Below, one piece after another: positions 12,380 to 23,625 of a DNA stretch of 64,000 nt (within the stretch, counting starts at the first letter, position 1; every line of letters starts with the position of its first letter). Under the pieces are notes generated by a model. That model saw only the letters and a list, made by a program, of their open reading frames with translations, was not told the DNA's origin and ran no database searches. Position numbers and translations under genes: made by a program. This DNA comes from Camelus ferus (lineage: Eukaryota): NCBI RefSeq assembly GCF_009834535.1, contig NC_045714.1:11408001-11472000 (forward strand), read 5' to 3'.

Positions 12380-14940
12380 AGATCACCAAATACACAGCTA
12401 AACCAGCCACTATGGAATAAGAGTTAGCAGAAGGAAAAAGCTTACATCCCAGGAGCATCAGATATTGGAATTACTATCATGGAATAAAGAAAAGTATGTA
12501 AAAAATGTTTAATGAAATAAAACAGAGAGTTTTAAAAAAATGAACAATAAACATGAGTTATAAACATGACCAAGCAGATGTGAAAAGGAATCTAATGGAA
12601 CTTTAAGAAATAAAAAAATATAATTGTTGATATAAAAATTTAGTGTTTAGGTCACGAGGCAGATTAGATACCACTGAAAAGGGAATTAGTGAACTGGAAA
12701 ATAGATGTGAAGAAATTACCAAAAGTCAGGAAAGAAAGAGAGGGGGCTGAAAACTAAGGAAAAGGATTTGAGACACAGCAACTATAATGAGAACCCTAAG
12801 TAATGTCTCCCAGAGAGAGAGGAAAGAAAGGTATCGGAGAAGCAGCAGATGAAGAGAAAAATGTCTGATCATTTTCTGGAAGTGATGAAAGACACCAAAC
12901 CTTTGGTGCCAAGAAGGATGATGAATACCAAGCCAGACTAGTGAAGATGAATCAACCCTCGAACCTGCAGAACCAAAGGGGAAAACAAGAGAAAAGAGCC
13001 ACCAGCCCAGATTTGTGCACCCACCAAATAACTGGATGAAGGTCAAGGGTGAAACAAAGACCTTTTTAGATAAACAATACTGAGTGTTCACCGCTATACT
13101 AAACGCCCTTCTATGCGAAGGAGTTTATGATGAAGGAAGGCCTGATCCTTAATATAAAATATAACAAGCAAAGACTTTGAAAAATGTTGTAAATCTTTTA
13201 AAAAAAGTTGAATAAGCTGATGATGTCTAATTTTGTGGAGTTTTAAAAAAAGACATTAACTAAAATACTGGAAAAACAACACTATGTAATTTGGGACGGG
13301 ATGATTAAGTTAGTGTTCTAAATTCACTGCGTTATCAGGGAAAAGATTAACATGCTGAGATGTTATAATTTCAGACGTGTCCACTAAAAATAATAGAGGT
13401 GTCAGATAACGTCTCAGCCGGAAGAGGGGAGAAAAAGCAGCAGGGATAAGCACGGCTCAGCTGACCTCTTACACTGAAAACAAAGACAAGGAAGCAGGAA
13501 AAAAGCATAAAAAGCACAATTTGTAGAAAATAAAAAGATGATAAAAACAAATCCAGTTTATTTGCTGGTTAGCAGACATTATTAATTTGGATTTTTGAAA
13601 CTTCTGCTAGATACTATTCACACACTTGAAGCATAAAGGCACAGAAAGGTTGAAAGTAAGAGGTTCAAAAATCCTTATCAAACACTAAGTAAAAGGAAAG
13701 TGCTATCGGATGAAATAGGATGTACTATAAAAAGCATTCTTAAGGACAGCAGTCACTCCATAAAAGATCCAGTCTGCCAGGAAGATAAGGCCATAAAGTT
13801 ACATCAAAATACGCAAAGCAGGAATTGCTACAGGTGTAGCCAGATACTGGCAAATCCATCATCATGAGAGATTTTAGCACAACTTTCAATTATTTATAGG
13901 TCAAGCAGGCAAAAGATTCGTAATGATGCAGAAAATTTAAACACACAGTGAACAAATGTAATTGATTTTATACACGTGTGTGCACACATGCATTGTTTGT
14001 GTGCACCTGCATGTGTGTTGTGTAAGTATGTATACACAGTTATGTATAAATAGATGACTGTGCTCAACCATGAGATAATGCACATTTTTTTTCAAGCACA
14101 TGTTCAACAATAACAAAAACTGACCCTCTACTAGGCCACAGAATGAGTCTCCACGAATTCAAAGGACTGGTACCACACAGGCCACACTTTTGACCACAGT
14201 ACAACTAAAAGTCACAAACAAAAGCAATTGAAAAAATTGGATGTATTTGGAAATTTTAAATACTTTGGAAGCACTCAGGCATCAATGAAGAAATCAAAAT
14301 TAAAAAAAATGAAAAACCCAGAACTTAGAGCTAAGCAAAAAGTGGGAAAAGAACATACAAAAACACGTGAAATGCGGAGCAAGCAAGACTTCGAGGTAAC
14401 CTTATGGGCTTACATTTAAGAGAAGGAAGTCTGAAATTTAAAGATAGTTATCCAGCTTAAAATGTTAGAACAAGAAAAATAGAGTAAGCCCAAAGAAAGT
14501 AAAAGGAAAGAGATAATAAGAAAAAAAAAAGGAGACATTAATAAAGTAGAAAACAAAGCTATAAGAGAACCAGCAAGGCCCAGGCTGGTTCTGAAATCCT
14601 TAATGGCTTGGATACACCTCTGCTGAGACTGATCAGAAAAAGAAAGGAAGGAAGAGAAGAGAGAGAATAATATTGGGAATGAAAAGGAGACAAAACTATA
14701 GATCCAGCAGCAATATTTAAAAAAAAAAAAAAGAAATTTATGGTCCAGTATATAACCCTACTGGCATGTATATATGAGTAGTTCTATAATGAAAAACTGA
14801 GCTGTAATTTATCGCCTCCACCCCTAAAATAAACAACAACAAAAACCAAACAAACAAGCAAAAAAACCCAGGCTAGGGTGCTTTTACAGATGAGTCCCAC
14901 TACCCTCTGAAGAAACGGACCATTCCAGTTTCACAAAAAT
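12380..14940 (+). mobile_element. Degraded old L1 (ORF1 and ORF2 endonuclease remnants)
   Basis: A-rich + strand with L1 motifs (aattagtgaactggaaaatag, ctaggccacagaatgagtctc, ctgctgagactgatcagaaaaag); no intact ORF. Confidence 0.75.
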
Positions 14941-15007
14941 TCCTCCTGGGGGCAGGAGGAGGGGGGCGCCCCCGCCCTGGCGTCTCTGTGGGTCGTTTGT
15001 TACCAAG

Positions 15008-15800
15008 GGCAGAGCCAGGTTTTGTGGAGCCTGAGGTTTACTCAAGTTGGGAGACCCTCCTAAGAACAGGGTGCAAATTTATACAAAAATCCCAAAATGG
15101 CATCAAAGTAAATACTGATTTAGAATGAGGGAAAAAATCATACGAAATCAACAACTTGTAGAAAGTTGACAAATATTACACACATTACAAAAATCCGGAA
15201 AATACTCTTTTTATTAATAACTGCTTGAATTTCCTACTGCGGTTCCTTCCTGCACCTTCTGGGTGGTGCCGTCTTTGATGGCTCCTTATCTGACGAAGAT
15301 TTTGTAGTTTCATTTTCTATGGCAAGAGTACCAAGGCCAGTCTGCCTTTCCTTTGCCTTTGTTGAGCGAGTATATTTGCAGTTCTCAGTAATTTAGAAAT
15401 GTTTCTTTTTAGCTTCACAACTCCTTAGAATGGCATACATTTTTTGGGTTGGAATCAAACTCTGGAAAACCTCTGTCAAGTTTCTTTCACGTACAAGCCA
15501 AGATGTGAGACAGCGTTCCCTAGACTGGCTCATGCGTGTCTCTCCTCCACCCTCAGGGTTTTGGTGACTGGTGCCAGAGGACAAATTCAAGTGCACCTGC
15601 GTGTCCTGACAGTGGGAAGGGAGTTCAGAGAGAGGCGAGAGCCTTCCTGGAAGCCAGTCCCACACCTGCTCAGCCAGTGCTCACTTAGCTACACAGGGAA
15701 GTGGTTGTGAAACACACGGACGGCACCTCACTAAGTAAAAGCCTCTCCAACTTGGCTTCTTCTTAAGCCGGATCCCCGAATGCCCCTGGCCACTCCAGCA
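15008..15800. mobile_element. hAT-Tip100-like DNA transposon remnant (Arthur/Zaphod/MER45-type)
   Basis: Begins cagagccaggttttgtggagcctgaggttta and contains ttagaatgagggaaaaaatca and gacaaatattacacacattacaaaaatccgg. Family assigned from recall. Confidence 0.55.
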
Positions 15801-15999
15801 CCTGACAGCAGGCGGTAGTGTTGGAGGGCAGTCAGAGTGGAACAGGCCAGCAAAAGAAAGGGAAGAGACCGTCTCCCAAATGACTGTTAGTGTATTTCAC
15901 ATCTCAACGTCTGCAGGAATTGGTGTCCACATGAAGACGTGGCTAGGGTTCCTGCCCCCTGGTGAGGTTTTGGAAAGGACCCTCACAAGAGAGAGACCC

Positions 16000-16469
16000 T
16001 GAAGCCTTTTGAGGACAGTGTGAGAAAGAAAACTTACTTACAAGACAACCTCATTTATGCACGTGGTTGCAAAAGTCCTGAATAAAATATTAGTAGTTGT
16101 ATATTTTGAATGAAGGTTTTAAAATAAGAAAAAAGAAAGATATTAGCAGTGGAATGCCGTAGTGCATAAACAATCACGCATTATGCCCATGTTGGGTCTG
16201 TCACAATAATGCAAAAGCATTTAATGTCAGAAAAATCTGTGTCATTCACTGCATTCCCATATGGTGAGAAACACCATGTGATGTCCACTCATAAGAGCAG
16301 AAAAAGCATTTGATTAAATTCTAAACCCATTCACAATTTAAAAAAAATCTTATCAAAAGAGAAATTGTTCGAAATATCCTTATGCTGATTAAGGGCATTA
16401 CCAATATCATTTCATTAAGTAATATTTCTTTTTTTGTTTGTTTGTTTGTTTGTTTGTTTGTTTGTTTGT

Positions 16470-16500
<31 letters not shown>

Positions 16501-17950
16501 TTTTTTGCTAGTTCTTAGGATTTATTCTCTTAACAACTGTCAGATGGAACATACGGCAGAGTCGACTGTATTTATCATGTTGTAGTGCTCATTTCTCTCT
16601 TAACTGGAAATTTGTACCTTTTGCCTCTCCCTCCACCCTTGCCTCTGGTGCCTTCAAATCTGACTCTTTTCCTGTGAGTTTGAAGTGTAATTGACTAACT
16701 GGTGTTTCTCGATGGTGAAATACTGAACTGTTGAAATCAGAAATAAAAGATGCTGCCTTCACAATGGATGCCACTTACTTTGATCATTTACTGAAGGTCC
16801 TAGCTGTAAGATAAGAAAAAGAAATGAAAGGTTTAAGGACTAGGAAAGAAATAAAATGAGCACTATTTGTAGATGATCTGATTATCTTTGGACAGAATTC
16901 AAAATCTGCAGAAAAATCATTGGAAACAGTAAGAGTGTTTAGCAAGATGGCTCGATAAAAGAAATCAATATAAAAACTGATTATATTCTATTACAGCAAC
17001 AAATAAATGGGGGGAAAGATACCATTTACAATAGTAGTAAAAAGTATAAGGTACCTAGAAATAAATCTCATCAATATAAGCAAGATATATTTGGAGAAAA
17101 TTATAAAAATGTGCTGAAAGACATTAAAGGAGACATAAATAAATGAAGTGATATGTTCATGGGTAGGAAATATCAAGAGACTGTTTAGTAAACACAGTGG
17201 ATTCCAGCCAGAATCCCAACAGGTGATTTTATTTTCTTTTATTTTTTTGAGACTTTACAGGATGGTTACAAAATTTGTACGAAAGAGCAAAAGTGTCAGA
17301 AATGGAAGAAAAATAAAGAGATGGGGGCGTGTTGTACTAGAAGATTTATTGAAAACTAGAGTAATTGTAACATTGTGTATTCCATGAAGAGATAAACAAA
17401 TTGACCAAAAGAACAGAATAGAAAGCTCAGATAATGTCTTGTGGATTTATAAGCTCAATGTATAGTCAGTGAGGAAGGGAAGGCTATCCAGTAAGTAGGG
17501 CCAAGACAATTGGTTTTCCACGGGGAAAATAAGAAGAAATTCTACCCCTTCCCCATTCCAACCCCCAAGTCAATTTCCAATGGATATTGGAACACAAATG
17601 GAAATTGCAAAGTACTGGAACTTTTAGAAGGAAATGTGGGAGAATATTTTTATGACCTCAGGGTAGGGCAGGATTTCTTAAACAAGATGCAAAAAGCATT
17701 ACCACTGCAAGACAGGCTGATAAATCCGTTAAAATTAGGAACTTCTGTTCCTAATTCTATCGCTTCTGTTACTAAGCCACCATGAAGGGAATGAAAAGGA
17801 AAACCACAAACCAGGAGGCGATATTCACAACTCATGGAACCAGCGCGGGGCTAATGTCAGCACACGTCAAGAAGTCCCACAGATCTTAAGGAAAAGACGA
17901 CACAGTAGAAAAATAGGCATTAAGGCACAAGCCAGTATCTTACAGAAGCG
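16000..17950 (+). mobile_element. Degraded old L1 ORF2 (RT and 3' part), interrupted at ~16430-16710
   Basis: agcagaaaaagcatttgattaaattc, ctatttgtagatgatctgatt, gacattaaaggagacataaataaatg, tcatgggtaggaaatatcaa, gaccaaaagaacagaatagaaagctcaga are L1 ORF2 motifs. Confidence 0.8.
16430..16710 (-). mobile_element. Younger L1 3' end with (AAAC)n(AAAT)n-expanded tail, nested in the older L1
   Basis: (tttg)n(ttta)n at ~16434-16505, followed by ttaggatttattctcttaacaact ... ttaactggaaatttgtaccttt ... ccacccttgcctctgg. Confidence 0.75.
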
Positions 17951-18429
17951 GAAACGGAACGGGAAATAAAGTTACGCAGAGACACTCAGGCCCTTGAATC
18001 ATCAGGGCTGTGCAAAGTAAGGCCCAATGAGTTAAAATTTTACCCTCATTATATTAGCAAAAAATATGAATTCCCAAAATAGCAAATGTAGGTGAAAATT
18101 AGTGGGAACCCTGCCAGTGGGAACGTCAACTGGGATAAGGCTTTGTAAAACGATTCTCCTAAATGGACTTTCTAAAAACTTACAACACGAGACCAGGGGC
18201 TTACAAACACTTTCGGTGACTCACAGTGAGAAACCTGTCTTACGTCAACACGCACGCATGCAAATAATGATGGGGACAGAGGTGTCGGCAAACAGCACCG
18301 GTTCTCACTGTAAGTCATTCGGGTGCTTCCCGCTGGTGCTGTTTTGTGGAATAAGAGCAGTGCTAACAAGTTTTGTGGGAGGTTTTAAAATGCACTTTAA
18401 AAACCCTCAGACTTACTTTTTTTAACACC

Positions 18430-19510
18430 TTCATCGTGGTGTAGTTCCTGTATGCTCGATACGATTTCAGTTTTCTTCAGCTTACTGAGGCTTGCTTTGC
18501 TGGCCAGCGTGTGGTCAGTTCTGGAGCCTGGTCAGTGTGCACTTGGGAAGAACGTGCTTTTGAATGGAATGCTCTGTAGATGATCAATGAAGTCCATCTG
18601 GTCTAACGTGTTATTTAGGGCCTGTATTTCCTTATTGAATTTCTGTGTGGATGCCCTGTCTACTGATGTAAGTGGGGTGTTGAAGCCCCCACTCTTACTG
18701 TGCTGTTGTTGATTCCTCTTTTTATGTCTGTTAACAGTTGCCTTTCTGCTGAGGTGCTCCCATGTCGGGTGCATATATATCTGCAATTGTTACATCTTCT
18801 TCTTGGCTCGATCCCTTNNNNNNNNNNNNNNNNNNNNNNNNNNNNNNNNNNNNNNNNNNNNNNNNNNNNNNNNNNNNNNNNNNNNNNNNNNNNNNNNNNN
18901 NNNNNNNNNNNNNNNNNNNNNNNNNNNNNNNNNNNNNNNNNNNNNNNNNNNNNNNNNNNNTGTGTGCCTGTAGCTCTGAAGTGGGTCTCTCATGGACAGC
19001 ACATGTATGGGTCTTTTTTTGTATCCATTCAGCCAGTCTGTGGCTTTCAGTTGGAGCATTTAAACCATTTACATTTAAGGTAACTATTGATATGTATGTT
19101 CTTACTGACATTTTGTTAATTGTTTTGGGTTTGTTTTTGTAGGTGTTTTTTTTTTTTCTCTTTCTTCTCTTTGTTCTCCTTTCTTGTGGTTTAATGACTA
19201 GATAAGTTCCTTTAACTTTGTTGTAAAGCTGGCTTGGTGGTGCTGAACTCTTTTAGCTTTTGTTTATCTGTGAAACTTGAATTCTCCATCAAATCTGAAT
19301 GAGAGCCTTGCTGGGTAGAGTATTCTTGGTTGTAAGATTTTCCCCTTTCATCACTTTAAATATATTGTACCACTCCCTTCTGGCCTGTAGAGTTTCTGCT
19401 GAAAAATCAGCTGATAACCTTATGGGAGTTCCCTTGTATGTTATTTGTTGCTTTTCTCTTGCTGATTTTAATATTTTCTCCTTATCTTTAATTTTTGTCA
19501 ATTTGATGAC
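18430..19510 (-). mobile_element. L1 fragment covering ORF1 C-terminus and ORF2 endonuclease domain
   Basis: ORF track: IKLTKIKDKEKILKSAREKQQITYKGTPIRLSADFSAETLQARREW (ORF1p) and MSVRTYISIVTLNVNGLNAP...LAEWIQK...TIADIYAP (ORF2p endonuclease, ATG at 19111). Frameshifted and contains an N gap. Confidence 0.92.
18818..18960. other. Assembly gap (143 N) within L1
   Basis: N run. Confidence 0.99.
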
Positions 19511-19537
19511 TGTGGGCTGAACGATCACATCCAGCAC

Positions 19538-19875
19538 TGTGCACTGAGTGCCTGTGCCCTCCCCAGCTCCTAGGTGGAAGCCCTCATCCCCAGTGCAATG
19601 GCATTTGGGGTGGGGTCCCTGGAGACAGCAGGTTTAGATGAGGTCATGAACGTGGAGCCCCTAGGATGGGATTGGTGCCCTTTTAAGAAGGAAAGCCCCG
19701 AGCCCTCTCTCTCAGTGATGTGAGGATACAGCCAGAAAGCAAACCAGGAAGCAGGCCCTCAGCTGACATGAGATGTGCTGCCACCATGATCTTGGGCCTC
19801 CCAGGCTCCAGAACAGTGAGAAACACATGTCTGTTGCTTAAGCTGCCCAGTCTGGGGTATTTCCTGCCTAAAATG
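19538..19875 (+). mobile_element. MLT1A-like solo LTR
   Basis: ggtttagatgaggtcatgaacgtggagccc, gatgggattggtgcccttttaagaagg, atgatcttgggcctcccaggctccagaacagtgagaaacacatgtctgttgcttaagc. Confidence 0.82.
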
Positions 19876-22139
19876 ATGGACACCTGGCTTGTACTCACCC
19901 CAGGGCCTTTGTACTGGCCATTCCCTGTCCCAGGAATGCTCTTCTTGGAACTTCCGGCTCATTTCCATCTTTCAGCTCAAGTGTCCACATCTTTAGTGAG
20001 AACTTCCCCATGACCCTGTCTCACATTGGGCCTGCCCGCGCCTCCTAGAGCCTAGACTGCTGTCCCCGTTCACTGCCTCCCACGGAACAAGGGGCATTTG
20101 GGTCACCTTCCCAGCTCCAAGCACTGTTAGTGCAGATCAGGGTACCTGTGGATCACATGCCTTCTCAGCAGACTGTGAGCTCAGGAAGGGCCAGAATGCC
20201 TCTGTCTTGCTCAATTTATTCTGCCGAGCCTCGTACCATAGCTGCCAGAGCCACACACCAAGACTGGCCACCAGGATGAGCTACGGAAATTGCAGAGCCC
20301 CGTGCATGTTGAAAAAGCAGGGCCTTTGCTTGGAACGCATTAGGAATTGCAAGGCAATGAGAGCAGAGCATTGCACCCTGTGTGGTGCCTTTCTGAGCAT
20401 GGGGCCCAGTGTGAATGTTTAGCCCGTGTGCTCATAGCTACCCTCATGCAGATCAGTGTGTCAAAGAGCTGTGGCCTTATACAGACACCACCAGGCCTCA
20501 TTATCGCCTCGTGTGACCCAACCCCACACGCGTGTCAGCTTCCCTGCAGAAGGTGTGCTTCTCCGGGGAGGCAGGCAAGGGCTCTGTGCTTCCCCAACTC
20601 CCAGCACACACCCCTCTCTTCTTCGTTACCCACTCCCCTCACCGTGCTGGGGCTCCTTGAGGGCGGGGACTGGGACCCTTGTGCTCTGTGGCGGGAGCCC
20701 AGGCTGGACCAGACAGATGCAGGCTGGAACCCAGGTTAGGCGGCTCTGGATGAGATGTGGAGGCTTCACTTCAGTACAGTGGGTTCAGAGGCTCCCTGGG
20801 CAAAAAGGTGACACGGGGAAAGGGCTTCACGCATCTGACACGGAGGAAAAGCTCAGGCCGTGTGTGTGAGTCCTGTTGCAGCACAGAAGCAGGGACGCCG
20901 GGCTGTGATGTGACGCACTGGCTGAGGGTCCCCGGACACCCCAGTCTCCTAGGGCACACGTAACTGTGGGCACCCCCGATTCCTCAGTGGGCGCGGGGCT
21001 CCCATGTGCACACCGCTGTCCCCCCGGCGCGGGAAGCGAGGGCGGGCGGGGTGGCGGGAGCTGCGCACGGGGCCTGCCACGCGGCGGGCTGCAGCCACGC
21101 ACCCGCTTTATGAATATTTTTATGAGCAGATGAGCACAAGGGGCATTTCTATTCAATCCTGCTGCCCGAAGGTTAATGAGTTCAGGTTGGTTTTCTGAAT
21201 CCTGAAAGGAAATATTAGTGTCTGCAGTTACTGCTTTTATTTAGCAATAATCTCCGCCAAACCCCAGGTCAGGCGTGGGAGAGACGCGGAGAGGAATGAA
21301 ACCTATTGTGTCCCGGAGGGCTTCACAGCCCTGCCTGCGAGCCAGACCCCAGACAGATCGTCACTGGGGGGCAGGGGAGGAAGGTGGGTGCCTGCGTGGG
21401 GGCGGGCAGGCCTGGGTCTGCTTCTCACGTGCCGGGTGCCGCCCGACAGCGTGGCCTGATGTCGAGGGGGACAGATGGTGTCCACGTAATCTCAGGGATG
21501 AAATGCCACAACAAATGCTGACACCACGTAGGGTAAAGAGGACTAGTGAGGAAGGTTCCCCATGGCCGGAGGTCCAGGGAAGTTTTGGGAAGGGACATGT
21601 GGGAAATAAGTTGAGGCTGAGGGAACGGCTTGTGCAAAGGCCCTGAGGGTGGGCTGAGTTGGATAAAGATGAACAGCTGCTGTGGCTGGAGGTCTTCCTG
21701 CAGGGAGAGGAGGGCCAACCCTGGGGCTCGGGCAGGTGGGGCACTGGGACCATATCCTGAGGCACAGGAGCCCTTAGATGATGCTACAAGCAGATGCAGC
21801 TGAGAGAGCGTGGGGCTTGCAGGGGAGAGGAGGTGGAGGAGCAGGAGACTGCTCAGGCAGCTTCCTGGAGGGCCAGGCAAGGATGGGTGAGGCCTGAGTC
21901 GTGCATGGGGTTGGGGGCCAGGGAGGGGAGAATGGGCTGCTTATGCAGCGCTGAGGAGGTGCCATTAGTAAGACTCTGATCTCCTGTGGAGTGAAAAAAC
22001 ATGTAGGCTACGTAAACTCTGAAAAAGAAAAGTCACTGTGAATTTGCACGTGTGTATTACAAGGTCTAAACTCACAGACCTGGTCACGGGGGTCTCTCTG
22101 GGGAGCGAGATTGCGGGAGCAGGTTTGAGGGGAGTTGAG

Positions 22140-22345
22140 GAGAGTTTCAGATTTATAGAAAAATTCAGAAGATAGTACAGAGAGTCCTCATCTACACCGT
22201 CCCCATTTCCCCCATGATCAGCATTTTACATGAGTGCCGTACGCTTATTACAATTAGTGACCCAATCTTGGTACAGTGTTATTCACTGAAGTCCATACTT
22301 GATTCAGATTTTCTTCATTTTTACCAAATGTCCTTTTTCTGAGAA
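22140..22345 (-). mobile_element. Old L1 3' end fragment
   Basis: ttcagatttatagaaaaattcagaagatagtacagagagtcctcat ... ttattacaattagtgacccaat ... tactgaagtccata-like motifs. Confidence 0.65.
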
Positions 22346-22349
22346 GTAG

Positions 22350-22800
22350 GATTTTAAATTAAATGTAATTTAAATTTAAAAACCAAAGTTCAATTTGGTT
22401 ATTAGAGAACCTTTTACATTTTGGAACAGCTTGGTTATGTGCAAGTCTTTTTCAACTGTACATTCTATAAAACCTAAATACAGATTGAGTATTTCTGATG
22501 GAAATTTTGTGTCCAAAATGAGATGTGCGGTGTGTGTAAAATACACACCAGATTTCAAATAGTATCTCATGTTATTTCAAAAGTAATGTGAACTACCTCG
22601 ATTTTAAAATATGGACGGTGTGTTGAAATAATGATAGTTTGGCTCTCTTGGGTTAGGTAAGTATATAATTAAACATTCATCAAAATATATTATTATATAA
22701 TTTCACCCCATTCTTTGTACCTTCTAAAAGTGTGGCCACTAGAAAATTTAAAATCACATTTTTGACCAGCATTCAGCTTCCATTGGCCAGTGCTGATCTG
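22350..22800 (-). mobile_element. Charlie1/MER33-family hAT transposon fragment
   Basis: tgagatgtgcggtgtgtgtaaaatacacaccagatttcaaa ... gtggccactagaaaatttaaaatcacat ... ccattggccagtgctg. Confidence 0.75.
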
Positions 22801-23254
22801 AGGGGCAGAAGCCTTGGAGAAGACAGAGGAGGGATACTGGGAGAGGAAGGAGGGGTGTCAGACGAGGGGAGGGTGGGTGGGTGGGACCTGGTGTTGGAGG
22901 CTGGGTTCCCTGGGCCTTTGGGAAGTGGGCAGGGAGGGAGACGTCTGGCTCAGAGGAGCCCCACAGAAGCCTGGAGGTCCTCTGTGGCGAAGGAGGCAGG
23001 TAGGGGGCAGTTTAAGTGCGATCCGATGGTCGTAATCCCTCCAAAATCACTTCACATCCCGTGTGGACAGCTGGATTGATCTGGGACGGGTTGTGGGGCG
23101 GGGGTAAGAGAGGCTTGGGTGGAGGCCGGCGGAGGCAGGTGGGGGGCTGGGTGTGGTGCCCAGCACGGGCAGCAGCTGTGTGCCCTGCTCCATGACGATG
23201 GGGCTGGAGCTGCCCTGACTCACTCTGTCAGGTTCCTGGGGCGGCCGCCGCCCA

Positions 23255-23625
23255 GCACTGCACCCCAGGGGCTCAAACAATAGAGACGAGTTCCCTCACC
23301 GTGCTGGAGGCTAGAGGACCCAGATGGAGCTGCAGGCAGGTTCAGTTCTTCCTGAGGCCTCTCCCCTCGGCTCGCAGACGGCCATCTCCTCCCTGCACCT
23401 TCACCTCGTCCGCCCTCCCTGTGAGCAAGGCTTCGTCCACGTCCCCCCCGTTTAATGCGGACACCAGGCATATCGGATTAGGGTCCCCCCTCATGACCTC
23501 GTTTTACCTCACCACTCTGTGCAGACCCTTTCCTCAAACAAGGTCACGTTCTGAGCTACTGGGGGTTAGGACTTCATCAGATGAATTTTGGGGGTAGGGT
23601 AGGGGATGCAGTTTGACCCCTAACA
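23255..23625 (-). mobile_element. MLT1 solo LTR
   Basis: ctcaccgtgctggaggctag ... gattagggtccccc ctcatgacctcgtttta ... aaggtcacgttctgagctactgggggttaggacttca ... cccctaaca. Confidence 0.8.
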
